Source of the DNA: Candidatus Bathyarchaeia archaeon | Lineage (GTDB): Archaea > Thermoproteota > Bathyarchaeia > TCS64 | NCBI GenBank assembly: GCA_050014495.1 | Contig: JBEKDF010000003.1 | Coordinates: 60,905-124,904 of the forward strand | DNA: 64,000 nucleotides | Reading direction: 5' to 3' | Part shown: piece by piece, positions 29,442-39,280 of the stretch | Layout of the letters: each line of letters begins with the position of its first letter | How positions within the stretch are numbered: the stretch's first letter is position 1 | Translations under genes and position numbers: made by a program | Notes under the pieces: model-generated | Database searches by the model: none | What the model saw: the letters and a program-made list of their open reading frames with translations, nothing else | What the model was told of the DNA's origin: nothing

Positions 29442-29445
29442 TGGG

Positions 29446-30030
29446 TTGACTAAGAAGCAGCCAGAGGATACGAAGCTCCTGATGCTCCCGAGTGAGCTTG
29501 TTGATAGACTGAGGGATGCCTCCAGCAGAAATGGGACCAGCCTCTCTGGCTATGCCATCGAGGTCCTAGAGGAGGCTTTGCGAGCTGAGAAACTTGGGGC
29601 TCGCCTAGGTGAGGCGGTGGAGGCTTACCGAATGGATGAAATTCACAGGGGGGCGGGGGCAATGGTCGTTCCTAGGAGCAGTCTAGGGCATCTCGTGGAG
29701 GATCTGAACGGCCACGGGGAGAATATCTCTGCCATCTGGGAGGAGGCTGGTCGATGGTATGGTCGCTTCCTGACAGGAAAGCTCGCGGGGGACGAGGTGA
29801 TGCCGTTCCTCCGCAGGGACCTGCTTACTAGCTGGAACCTAGACGAGGTCGAGATATCTGATGGCGATGATGCGGTGCTAAGGTTCACGGGCTTCGGGAT
29901 GTCGGAGGAGTTCACTAAACTCCTCCTTAGCTATGTCCACGGTTTAATGGAATCCCTTGGATACGCTGAGGTTGAGATAGATAGTCTACGGGGCATGGCC
30001 ACGATTAAATACATCCGACACAAAATGTGA
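29446..30030 (+). CDS. N-terminal RHH-like domain plus V4R-like C-terminal domain protein (paralog 2)
   Basis: KLLMLPSELVDRLRDASSRNGTSLSGYAIEVLEEAL; WEEAGRWYGRF; similar length and C-terminus to the previous gene. Confidence 0.6.
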   Translation: MTKKQPEDTKLLMLPSELVDRLRDASSRNGTSLSGYAIEVLEEALRAEKLGARLGEAVEAYRMDEIHRGAGAMVVPRSSLGHLVEDLNGHGENISAIWEEAGRWYGRFLTGKLAGDEVMPFLRRDLLTSWNLDEVEISDGDDAVLRFTGFGMSEEFTKLLLSYVHGLMESLGYAEVEIDSLRGMATIKYIRHKM

Positions 30031-30224
30031 TTTTTTTATATCAAGAAATCAATTTTTGATAGAATAGCATTTATTTTTGATATTTTTAAATTATGCGTTA
30101 TTTAGGCTCGTTTTCGCTAGTTTATGAATAATATCGACGTGCATAGTTTTTGGTTCTCTATTTTCTTGAAAGTTGATTGAAAATACATATTTCTTGTTCT
30201 TTTTTTTTGAGACAATCCACTTTA

Positions 30225-30285
30225 CTGTATACATTGTCCATTATCTGTATACAAAGGCGGGAAGCTGTAGACATACGCTTAAGTA
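30225..30285 (+). promoter_or_regulatory. Three CTGTA(T/G)ACA boxes at 20-bp spacing followed by TATA-like CTTAAGTA
   Basis: TGTATACA at 30226-30233 and 30246-30253, TGTAGACA at 30266-30273, CTTAAGTA at 30278-30285. Confidence 0.7.
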
Positions 30286-30307
30286 TGATCACCGGGTTGT
30301 CTTCTCA

Positions 30308-30358
30308 ATCGTCGAGGTAGAGTAGGTTAGAGACTTCTCTGACCCTCTACCAGACGAT
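30308..30358 (+). other. Long 5'-UTR stem-loop of the surface-protein transcript
   Basis: ATCGTC/GACGAT, GGTAGAG/CTCTACC and GGTTAGAG/CTCTGACC (one G-U) pair around an ACTT loop. Confidence 0.65.
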
Positions 30359-30365
30359 AAACAAG

Positions 30366-32846
30366 GTGAAAAATGAAAAAATGAATGGTAAAAAAACTCT
30401 ACCATTGTTAGTAATTGCTACTCTAATGCTATCACTTCTACCTTCAATTATGTTTGCTCATGCTGCTGCATCAATCACTTCTCCAATTTTAGACACACAC
30501 TATCAGAAAGGTGACACCATTAAAGTAATAGGTACTGGTGTGGTTTCTGGAACAACCGTCCAACTATACTGGGATGATGCCACTATCGCCTGGAACGGCG
30601 TAAAGGGTCTCACGAACTCAACCACCGGAGCCTCGGATGGTACATTCGAGGTCTGGATGGATGTACCTGACGCCATCTATGGCGTCCACTACCTCTGGAT
30701 AAAGGACTCCAGTGGCAACTTTGCGTCCCTAGAGATTCTTGTTGAACCTCTACTAGATTTGAGCTCCAGCTCAGGTCTCGTGGGAGATTCTATTACTGCT
30801 AAAATGTCTGGTTTTGCGAAGTCCGCTGCCATCACCCTTACTTGGGATGGTAATAGCCTAACTACCGCAACAGCTAACTCACTCGGTACAGCGACAGCAT
30901 CGTTCAAAATTCCAGCGGATACCTCTACACTTCACACAGTTACAGCCTATAACGTAACCGATACAACCCCACCCGTAACTGTTTCTACTACCGCTGGCTT
31001 AACTATAGGCCCCGTAATAACTGTGAGTCCTACTTCCACTAGTGTGGGTTCGCTTGTTACGATCACAGGCAGAGGCTTCTATGGCACTGCAGCCTTCATC
31101 CCCGCTGTGACACTCGTTCTTGGAACTAGTGTATTCCCCGCCTACATCACTACTACTACTCCCATAACACTTGACTCAACAGGGAGAATCAGGTTAACCT
31201 TCGTAGTTCCCTCGGTTGTCGATACGAGTGATAGCTACGTAATTAGCATCACCGTTAGTACATACACGGCCACTGCAGACTTTGAGGTAACGGCGCTGTC
31301 AGATATCACTGTCACTCCTGAGTGGGGTGCTACGGCTTCCTCAATAACCATCACTGGTGTGAACTTCCCTAAGATTAGTGGCAAAGAAATTGACATTACC
31401 TTAGGTACCATACCTGTTGGAACCGTAAATACTCTATCTGATGGTACATTCAGCAAGGTCTTCAGAGTTCCTGCGACTGAACTAGGTACACAGACTCTAC
31501 TCGCTCAGACGGCTGACGCCTACTTGGTCTACGCTACTACTAACTTCAAGGTTGGCTCCATGAACATCATCCTAAGTGATGACTCTGGTCCAACTGGACT
31601 GAATGTTGGCATCACTGGTAATGGCTTCCAATACCCGGGATCATTTAATGCAACTATAGGCGACACGACTCTAGATGTCACTGGTACAGTTTCAAGTGCC
31701 GGTTTAATCAATGACTATTTCATGGTACCACAGTTACCGGTTGGCACCTACACAATTACTGTGTGGGATGTCGCCTCTGAGATCATGCTAACTACTCAAT
31801 TCAAGATAACTTATACAACACAAGTCACACTTAATGTTCCTAGCGCACCAAACGGATATAACGTAACATTCACAGGTATAGGGTTCTCTTCTACGGCCTT
31901 GAACGATCTTAATACTCTGATCTACAACACAACTAGTACTGGCGCTACTGATTGGTGGATGCCAATCACCCTGCTTAACAAAGCAACCAACGTCGCCCTT
32001 CATGCACAAACAGATGACAACGGTAACTTCACCGCTTACTACGTCGTTGACGACTCAGATACCATAAGCAAGGGTAACTACTTATTCAACGTTACAGACG
32101 CTAGCGGCGACTATTCTGTCACCGTACCCTTCGTTGTTGGCGCCACCCACATAGTTGCTACGCCTCGGAAGGCCTCCTTCGCAATTGGGGAAACAGTCTC
32201 CTTCACGCTGGAGCACACATTCGGTTTGACAACTAGCTACTTGAAGATCTACGACCCAAGTGGGAACATATACTACCGTGGAGATCCGCTCGCCATCTGG
32301 ACGAGTGTGGGTACATACAAGGTTGCACCCTACTCAAGCCAGACCGCTGGTGGTAACCCAATGACACTCGTCGATGATGCACCTACTGGCACGTGGTCCT
32401 GGAAGTGGTACGATCCAGTCGCTGATGAGAACGTCGCAACTGGTACCTTTAATGTGACCGCTTCAGCAGCTATTCAAACTGATGTAGCGATCGCTGCCCT
32501 AGCCACACAGGTAACGGCTCTCACAAACAACTTAAACACTTTGAGCACGACCGTTAGCACCGTCTCATCCACAGTTACCGCCGCGTCTGCAGCCGCCACC
32601 GCAGCTTCACAGGCTGCAACAGCCGCCGCGACTGCAGCAACAGCAGCGAGCACCGCTGCCACCGCCGCAGGCGGGAAGGCAGATGCCGCGACCACCGCAG
32701 CGAACACAGCCGCAACCGCAGCACAGGGCGCACAGTCCGCAGTAAACGGCCTCACGACGCTAGTCTACGCAGCAATAGGCGCAAGCCTGGTGGCTGCACT
32801 AGCAGCAATCGTGGCGCTGATGCAGATCAGCCGCAAGATCGCGTAA
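30366..32846 (+). CDS. S-layer-like cell-surface glycoprotein with Ig/IPT-like repeats, Ala/Thr-rich stalk and C-terminal membrane anchor
   Basis: Signal peptide; repeated G..IT..G.GF beta-rich modules; many NxS/T sequons; AATAA-rich helix; C-terminal TM LVYAAIGASLVAALAAIVALMQISRKIA. Start may be ATG 30381. Confidence 0.8.
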   Translation: MKNEKMNGKKTLPLLVIATLMLSLLPSIMFAHAAASITSPILDTHYQKGDTIKVIGTGVVSGTTVQLYWDDATIAWNGVKGLTNSTTGASDGTFEVWMDVPDAIYGVHYLWIKDSSGNFASLEILVEPLLDLSSSSGLVGDSITAKMSGFAKSAAITLTWDGNSLTTATANSLGTATASFKIPADTSTLHTVTAYNVTDTTPPVTVSTTAGLTIGPVITVSPTSTSVGSLVTITGRGFYGTAAFIPAVTLVLGTSVFPAYITTTTPITLDSTGRIRLTFVVPSVVDTSDSYVISITVSTYTATADFEVTALSDITVTPEWGATASSITITGVNFPKISGKEIDITLGTIPVGTVNTLSDGTFSKVFRVPATELGTQTLLAQTADAYLVYATTNFKVGSMNIILSDDSGPTGLNVGITGNGFQYPGSFNATIGDTTLDVTGTVSSAGLINDYFMVPQLPVGTYTITVWDVASEIMLTTQFKITYTTQVTLNVPSAPNGYNVTFTGIGFSSTALNDLNTLIYNTTSTGATDWWMPITLLNKATNVALHAQTDDNGNFTAYYVVDDSDTISKGNYLFNVTDASGDYSVTVPFVVGATHIVATPRKASFAIGETVSFTLEHTFGLTTSYLKIYDPSGNIYYRGDPLAIWTSVGTYKVAPYSSQTAGGNPMTLVDDAPTGTWSWKWYDPVADENVATGTFNVTASAAIQTDVAIAALATQVTALTNNLNTLSTTVSTVSSTVTAASAAATAASQAATAAATAATAASTAATAAGGKADAATTAANTAATAAQGAQSAVNGLTTLVYAAIGASLVAALAAIVALMQISRKIA

Positions 32847-32855
32847 ACAAATCCC

Positions 32856-32875
32856 TATCTTTCTTTTTTTTCTCA
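32856..32875 (+). terminator. Archaeal oligo-T terminator
   Basis: T-rich tract TCTTTCTTTTTTTTCTC directly after the surface-protein stop codon. Confidence 0.6.
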
Positions 32876-32938
32876 TTTCAGATCCCCAGCGGAAGCTGGG
32901 ATCACTCTTTCGACATTTTTTTAAACCACCGAGTGTAG

Positions 32939-33922
32939 GTGCGTAGGATGCTCTCCCCCGTCGTCGTTGGTGCTCTAACAGAGACGGGGGTCATCATAAT
33001 CCTCTGCGTAGGCTTCACCTTCACCTACATGGTGGAGAAGTTCCCAAACTTCGCCCACACCGCCGTCGCTACGATTGGAACCGTGTTGAGCTTCTCCCTG
33101 GTTAAGATTTACGGCGTCGAACCCTACTGGACGATTCCCTTCTCGATGGTGTTCTGTGGTCTAGTTGGGCTTCTCCTCTATGTCATGATCGTTCGCCCGA
33201 TCAAGGCGACTGGGGGTCGGGAGATCACACTAACCTTCGCTTTCTTCGTCGTCGCAGTGATGATAGGATCCCTCGTCAACATGTACAGTTACTGGTTCCT
33301 CCTGAGTCAGGGTTCCCCAACCTCCGGGTTCAGCCTCGTCTCCAACGACTTCCAGTGGGGGGGATACCCCGGAATCCTCCTTGTAACACTTCCCATCTGT
33401 GCCGTTCTAGTCGCCGCCCTGTACCTATTCCTCACAAAGATGAAGCAGGGCATCGCCTTCAGAGCCGTCGCCGAGGATGAGACCCTCGCATCAAGCCTCG
33501 GCGTAAACATCAACTTCATCCACTTACTAAGCTGGTTTATAACTGGGGCCCTCGCTGGCCTCGCAGGGGCGGTGATCCCCCTTTGGCAATACACTGGACT
33601 CGGCTACAGCGACGCATTTCTAGTGATCGTAATGTCTGGGAGCGTCATTGGTGGCCTCGGCAGCGTTGCCGGGGCAGTGATCGGAGGCTTCCTCACCGCT
33701 GTCTCCCAGAAGGTGCTCACGGCACTAACCATAGCCGTCTTCGGCATACAAGCAGCGGACTACGAGTCTCTTTACCCCACGATCTTCATATTTATCGTAC
33801 TCATGCTCGAGCCACATGGAATAATGGGAATCTTCGAGAACCCACATCACCCCATCAGGACGCTTAAGAATGATATAGCTCGTGTCATTAGTAAGTTATC
33901 AGCGTTAATCCACGCCACTTAA
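32939..33922 (+). CDS. Branched-chain amino acid ABC permease (LivH-like)
   Basis: GFTFTY....PNFAH, G.AFRAVAED..LA..LG, GGLGS..GA.IGG, PHGIMG. Confidence 0.88.
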   Translation: MRRMLSPVVVGALTETGVIIILCVGFTFTYMVEKFPNFAHTAVATIGTVLSFSLVKIYGVEPYWTIPFSMVFCGLVGLLLYVMIVRPIKATGGREITLTFAFFVVAVMIGSLVNMYSYWFLLSQGSPTSGFSLVSNDFQWGGYPGILLVTLPICAVLVAALYLFLTKMKQGIAFRAVAEDETLASSLGVNINFIHLLSWFITGALAGLAGAVIPLWQYTGLGYSDAFLVIVMSGSVIGGLGSVAGAVIGGFLTAVSQKVLTALTIAVFGIQAADYESLYPTIFIFIVLMLEPHGIMGIFENPHHPIRTLKNDIARVISKLSALIHAT

Positions 33923-33947
33923 ATGCGATGCCGCAGTCCTTTAGGCG

Positions 33948-35771
33948 ATGCCCGAGTCGAGCGAGGGTTGGAGGAGCCTCTTCCCCTACGACCCCTATCC
34001 TCAGCAGGTCGACTTTATGAATGATGTCGAAGGGACACTCAGCATGGGGGGCACCCTCTTCGCGGAGGCCTGCAACGGCTTCGGTAAAACCGTATCAGCC
34101 ATCAGCGCTCTGCTCCCCCTCGGTAAACAGATTGTCTACGCCACAAGAACCCACGAGCAGGTCCGCCAAGTCCTGGCTGAGGTAGAAAGAATCAACATCC
34201 ACGCCAACGCATCCTACACCGCCGTAAACCTGGCGAGCCGGGATCACCTGTGTCTGAACTCCGACTGCCGGGGTCTACCGAGCGGGGAAGCACAGGAACT
34301 CTGCGGAGTCCTTCGGAAAGAAGAGAGGTGCCCCTATAGATCCGATTTCACGGAGGCACCCACTGGGCTCCCAAAGGTACTCTCTGTTGATACCCTAATC
34401 GCCACAGGAAGAAGAGCAAGACTCTGCCCTTATTTCTTAGCCCGGAGGGTCGCCAAGACGCGACGCCTCACAGTATGCCCATATCCCTATGTATTTGATC
34501 CTAAAATTAGGCTGATGACCGGCCTCGATCTTGAGGGAAAAATGCTCGTCCTCGACGAGGGTCACAACGCTGACCAGATTAGCCAAGATACCCTAAGCGA
34601 TACTCTCAGCGACCGAAGCCTAGCTGCCGCCTCAGACGAACTAAGATCCGTCGGCCTCAACAAGACCCCCCTCAGGAGACTCGAAGACCACCTAGCCGAG
34701 ACTGTAACAGACCAGCCCACACTAGTTAACGCAGAGGAAGCGTACAAGAACATCGCCACAGCTCTAGGAGGAGACCTAACTACATTCACCGAACACTACA
34801 CCCCCGCTGTCGAGTCCATCCGGGAGAGGAAGGAGAAAGCCGGTGAACCACCCCTCAGCTACCTAAATGGCGTCATCAACTTCATAGAACTACTCATCGA
34901 GAGCCGTAAAGACAAGTACATCGCCATCTATCAGAAGGGGAGATACGGCTCGAACCAGCTAGAATACCGCTGCCTCGACCCCAGCCTCGCCATAGGCCCC
35001 GTAATCACCGAATCAGCCGGCACACTCATAATGAGCGGAACTCTAAGCCCCCTCCCCCTATTCGCGGAGATCCTAGGCCTACACAGAGCCAAACTCAGAA
35101 GCTATCCCGCCATCCAGACAAGTGAAAAGATCAAGATGACTATCGACCCACGTGTTACAACTGCCTACCGGGACAGAACCCCCGAGATGATCATCCAAAT
35201 AGGCGAGACAGTTTCCGCTACTCTTATCAATGTCCCAAATGGCTCGCTTATCTTCTTCCCTCAGCGCGACCTAATGGAGAGGAGCCTCGACGCCTGGACC
35301 CACATCGGACTTGTGAAGGTCATTGGCGGACGTCCCTATCTCAGTGGCAAGCCATTATTCCGTGAGGGACGAGACGCCCATGCTAATCAGGATACCGTGA
35401 TAAGATACAAGGCCGCTGCTGTCACCCCTCAGGGCGCAGTCCTCACCTGTGTCTTCCGTGGTAGGAATAGTGAGGGGAGCAATTTCCCCGATGATCAATG
35501 CCGCGGAATATTTCTAATTGGTGTCCCCTATGCGAACTACGGTGACCCTCTCGTAAGGGCACAGATCGCATACTATGACCGCCGCACCCCTGGCCTCGGC
35601 CACAGATGGTACACCATGGACGCATTTAGAGCTGCTAACCAGGCTCTGGGCCGAGGCATAAGAAGCCGAGAAGACTGGTGCCACTATTGGCTGTTGGATC
35701 AACGATACGCCCAGCATAGTGACCTAATAAGTTCCTGGGCTAAGGGCGCTGGACCTACGATCTCAGGTTGA
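33948..35771 (+). CDS. xpd: XPD/Rad3/DinG-family Fe-S DNA helicase
   Basis: FPY..Y.QQ Q-motif, NGFGKT, RTHEQ, Cys cluster with CPY, DEGHN, MSGTLSP, SEG.NF, NQALGRGIR. Confidence 0.9.
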   Translation: MPESSEGWRSLFPYDPYPQQVDFMNDVEGTLSMGGTLFAEACNGFGKTVSAISALLPLGKQIVYATRTHEQVRQVLAEVERINIHANASYTAVNLASRDHLCLNSDCRGLPSGEAQELCGVLRKEERCPYRSDFTEAPTGLPKVLSVDTLIATGRRARLCPYFLARRVAKTRRLTVCPYPYVFDPKIRLMTGLDLEGKMLVLDEGHNADQISQDTLSDTLSDRSLAAASDELRSVGLNKTPLRRLEDHLAETVTDQPTLVNAEEAYKNIATALGGDLTTFTEHYTPAVESIRERKEKAGEPPLSYLNGVINFIELLIESRKDKYIAIYQKGRYGSNQLEYRCLDPSLAIGPVITESAGTLIMSGTLSPLPLFAEILGLHRAKLRSYPAIQTSEKIKMTIDPRVTTAYRDRTPEMIIQIGETVSATLINVPNGSLIFFPQRDLMERSLDAWTHIGLVKVIGGRPYLSGKPLFREGRDAHANQDTVIRYKAAAVTPQGAVLTCVFRGRNSEGSNFPDDQCRGIFLIGVPYANYGDPLVRAQIAYYDRRTPGLGHRWYTMDAFRAANQALGRGIRSREDWCHYWLLDQRYAQHSDLISSWAKGAGPTISG

Positions 35772-35952
35772 GACTCCATAAATTCCCCCAAAAACATAAT
35801 TCGATATATTAAGTCAGCAACCGTAGAGACCCTACTCGGCGTGCGTTATGTCAACTAAGAAAAGCAGCTTAGTTATTTATCCTATGCTCCTCAAATCATT
35901 TTTATAAAAATAAATCGAGCTCCTTTTTTTATAGATTAAGGCATATAATATT

Positions 35953-36846
35953 TTGATGTATTTGGTAAAACCTCCAGCCGCACCCGAGGCTTTTAGTTTA
36001 TTTGGAGAACCCCTCGACCAACAACCCCCTCGCCCCGAGTTGGTGGAGAAGAACAAAACCCTATACAATGCTGCTCTACAGGATTGGGAGACAAACTCTG
36101 ACGATGCTGACAAAATAATTTGGCTCGGTCGACGCACCGCATATCTCGGCCGGATAAGGGAAGCCGCTGCCGTATTCAGCCTAGGTATCAAGGCCCACCC
36201 AGAGGACCCAAGAATGTACCGCCACAGGGGGCATCGATTCATAAGCCTCCGCCTCTTCGACCAGGCAATAGATGACCTGGAAAAAGCAGGAGAACTCATC
36301 GAGGGGACAGTCGACGAGGTTGAGCCCGACGGGATCCCCAACGAGCGCAACCAGCCAGTCAGTAGCCTTCATTTCAACATCTGGTACCACCTTGGCCTAG
36401 CTTACTACCTAGTCGGCGACTACGAGTCCGCCCTCAGCTGCTACGAGGAGTGCCTAAAGGTCAGTGATATACCCGACAAGCTCGTCGCTACGACCCACTG
36501 GACCTACATGACCTTACGTCTCCTGGATAGAAAGGAGGAAGCCGAGGAGCTACTAGCCCCCATCACTGAGTCAATGGAAATTATCGAGAATCAACAGTAC
36601 CACAAGCTCCTACTGATGTACAAAGAGTTGGTGACCCCTGAGCAGATTATGGAGGAGGCGAGAAAGCTTGGGCCACTTGCGGTCGCTACTGTCGGTTATG
36701 GCGTTGGTAACTGGTATGTATACAACGGGCATGAGGAGAAGGCAGTGGAAGTATATAACGAGATCCTCGATACTGGGGGCTGGGCAAGCTTCGGATACAT
36801 AGCGGCTGAGTCAGACCTGAAGTGGCTAAGCCTACCACAAGACTAG
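35953..36846 (+). CDS. Tetratricopeptide repeat protein
   Basis: TPR-like helices YRHRGHRFISLR.FDQAI.DLEKA and WYHLGLAYYL.GDYESAL..YE. Confidence 0.8.
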   Translation: MMYLVKPPAAPEAFSLFGEPLDQQPPRPELVEKNKTLYNAALQDWETNSDDADKIIWLGRRTAYLGRIREAAAVFSLGIKAHPEDPRMYRHRGHRFISLRLFDQAIDDLEKAGELIEGTVDEVEPDGIPNERNQPVSSLHFNIWYHLGLAYYLVGDYESALSCYEECLKVSDIPDKLVATTHWTYMTLRLLDRKEEAEELLAPITESMEIIENQQYHKLLLMYKELVTPEQIMEEARKLGPLAVATVGYGVGNWYVYNGHEEKAVEVYNEILDTGGWASFGYIAAESDLKWLSLPQD

Positions 36847-36932
36847 TCACGCGCGCAAGAGCCTAGATCAGGGATACCTAATACCGCATTCGATAAGTAG
36901 CCGCTCTCCCTAACCTCGCAAAGGGGGACAAC

Positions 36933-37115
36933 TTGGAGAAGAAAAAGGAAGACTACATTCGAGAATATCTCGGATCCGCAGACAAACTAGGAATTAAGCT
37001 CAACCCACCGGAGGAGGCCATCTTAAAGACAGCCGAAATGGCGTGGGTTGTGGATTCCTATGAGGTCAAACCCGGTGACGAACCCGCGGACGAACCAAAG
37101 AAAAAGGAGACTTGA
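36933..37115 (+). CDS. Small protein coupled to amidase (GatC/AtzG-like partner?)
   Basis: 60 aa; stop overlaps the amidase start; ends in ..DEPA.. Confidence 0.5.
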   Translation: MEKKKEDYIREYLGSADKLGIKLNPPEEAILKTAEMAWVVDSYEVKPGDEPADEPKKKET

Positions 37116-38419
37116 CAGTGGAGCCATTTCAACTCACCGTAACAGAATCTGCGGAGAAGATACGATACGGGCAGCTTACCCCTACGGAGATTGTCGAATC
37201 TCTCCTAGGTAGAATTGAGGAGCTCGAGCCGAAAGTCGATGCCTGGGCCACCATCGATACCAGAGGTGCCCTCAAATCAGCAAAGACCCTGACGAGGGAA
37301 GCAGCGGATGGAAGGTTGAGGAGTCCGCTCCATGGCATCCCAGTCGGGATCAAAGACATCTTCAATACGAAGGGGTTAAAGACGAGAATGGGTTCCCCTC
37401 TTTTCTCCGACTATGTACCCGAATCCGACGCAGCTGTTGTTGCGAATCTGAGAAGAGCTGGGGCGATAATTCTAGGTAAAACGGAGACAACCGAGTTCGC
37501 ATACCTCGACCCCGCACCAACGAAGAACCCTTGGAACATGGAATACACTCCCGGAGGCTCAAGCAGTGGGTCAGCAGCAGCTGTCGCGTCTCGTATGTGT
37601 CCCCTCGCATTTGGCACACAGACGGGTGGCTCCATCACCCGCCCTGCCTCGTTCTGTGGTATACCAGCGATGAAGCCAACACACGGTCTTCTAAGCACCG
37701 AGGGAATATTCCCCCAGTCGTGGAGCCTAGACCACGTTGGTTTCATGGCGAGATCGGTTGAAGACCTATCAACAACACTCCAAACCCTAACGGGGATAGA
37801 GCCCCCTAAGACGACCAGAAAGCCAAAGATCGGCCTAGCCAGTAGTTACTTTAACGAAGCCGGGACAGTCGATATCACATGTAATTATAATAAATCAATA
37901 GAGCGGCTTAAGAGGAGTGGAGCCCAACTAGTAGAAATCGAGCTGCCCGAATCCTTCCGAGTAGTTCATCCCTCCCACAGAGTGATCATGTTCGCTGAGG
38001 CCGCGGCTGTCCACGAGGTAATGTTTAGGAAAAACCCCTCATCCTATCGACAAAACATCCAGGGCGAGGTGTACTCGGGGCTTCTCATACCCTCATCGAC
38101 CTACCTCCACGCACAGAGAATACGTGGGAAGTTTATACGAGAAATTCAAGCAACGATGGAGAGCATCGACGCGCTGCTGACCCCAGCGACCATAACGCCT
38201 CCTCTAAAGGGCCTCACTTCCACTGGTGACGCTGCTTTCAACGTCCCTTGGAGTTTCAGTGGATTCCCAACTGTGAACGTCCCCTCCGGGCTAAACGATG
38301 AGGGTTTACCTCTGGGAATTCAGTTAGTGGGTAGGCCCTTTGAGGAGGCGAATCTTCTGGGTGTAGCATTATGGTGCGAAGAGGTTCTCCTCTTTAACAA
38401 TGAAGCACCTCTCAGATAG
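37112..38419 (+). CDS. Amidase signature family (GatA/AtzE-like)
   Basis: HGIPVGIKD, GKTET.EFA, PGGSSSGS, GTQTGGSI.RPA, GLPLGIQ. Confidence 0.92.
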   Translation: MTVEPFQLTVTESAEKIRYGQLTPTEIVESLLGRIEELEPKVDAWATIDTRGALKSAKTLTREAADGRLRSPLHGIPVGIKDIFNTKGLKTRMGSPLFSDYVPESDAAVVANLRRAGAIILGKTETTEFAYLDPAPTKNPWNMEYTPGGSSSGSAAAVASRMCPLAFGTQTGGSITRPASFCGIPAMKPTHGLLSTEGIFPQSWSLDHVGFMARSVEDLSTTLQTLTGIEPPKTTRKPKIGLASSYFNEAGTVDITCNYNKSIERLKRSGAQLVEIELPESFRVVHPSHRVIMFAEAAAVHEVMFRKNPSSYRQNIQGEVYSGLLIPSSTYLHAQRIRGKFIREIQATMESIDALLTPATITPPLKGLTSTGDAAFNVPWSFSGFPTVNVPSGLNDEGLPLGIQLVGRPFEEANLLGVALWCEEVLLFNNEAPLR

Positions 38420-38446
38420 AAACTTTTCCTCGTCACAAAGGCTCAA

Positions 38447-39223
38447 TTACCCTACAGTCTTTATCTCTCTTCCATTCTCGATAGCTACTAACTCAATGAG
38501 GTGGGCGAGACCACTCGTCTCAACCTTCTTTCCAATGACCTCCTCGATCTGGAATACACCCGCTGGATTGTCCATGTAGATCTTTATACTAACCGCTTTC
38601 TCCTTGCCCCTCTCCAAATCGACTCTCTTGATGGCGGTCGCAGAGATGCTATGCATATCCACCTTCCCGCCTCTGTATGGTATCCTTGCCCGCCCCTCCG
38701 CCATGTCAGTACCATCGGCAACCTTTGCTGCACCTGCCTCAATGCTAAGCGCCTGAATAGTGTCCTCATGAGCGTAAATTGCGTGCATGGTCTCACACTT
38801 CATCTTTAGCACAAGCTCGGGTTCATCCGGGTAAACTGTGGAGTACATTCTCTCCAAGATTGGGGCGGCGAGGTAACAGCTGTGCATGATATGATCCATC
38901 CTGTGAACACAGTTACCTATGTCGTGGAGGTAACTACCCACCATCGTCACGAGTTTAGCCCCCTCCAGGTCGCATATCCCATTGGCAACCGTCGTGGGCT
39001 CTACGACACTTTGAACAAGATCAAGTATCTCCAAGCTACTACCAGCGGCTATCCTAGCGTGAACGGGGCCATGGTCGTTATAATTCAGTCTCTTAACAAC
39101 CATCTCATTCGACATCTTAAGGTATGTTTGCACCTCAAGATCCCCTTCGAGCAATTCGAATACTCGACGAACGCGGGGCTCCTCAAGGTGATTAAAGATG
39201 AGGCGATTCGTCACTGTTACCAA
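38447..39223 (-). CDS. HD-domain phosphohydrolase
   Basis: YNDHGPVH, YLHDIGN, ADGTD. Confidence 0.85.
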   Translation of the reverse strand: MVTVTNRLIFNHLEEPRVRRVFELLEGDLEVQTYLKMSNEMVVKRLNYNDHGPVHARIAAGSSLEILDLVQSVVEPTTVANGICDLEGAKLVTMVGSYLHDIGNCVHRMDHIMHSCYLAAPILERMYSTVYPDEPELVLKMKCETMHAIYAHEDTIQALSIEAGAAKVADGTDMAEGRARIPYRGGKVDMHSISATAIKRVDLERGKEKAVSIKIYMDNPAGVFQIEEVIGKKVETSGLAHLIELVAIENGREIKTVG

Positions 39224-39280
39224 GGTGATCAGGATGTACCAGAGGCATCGGGTGATAAACGCCTATCGAAGCCTGGGGCT

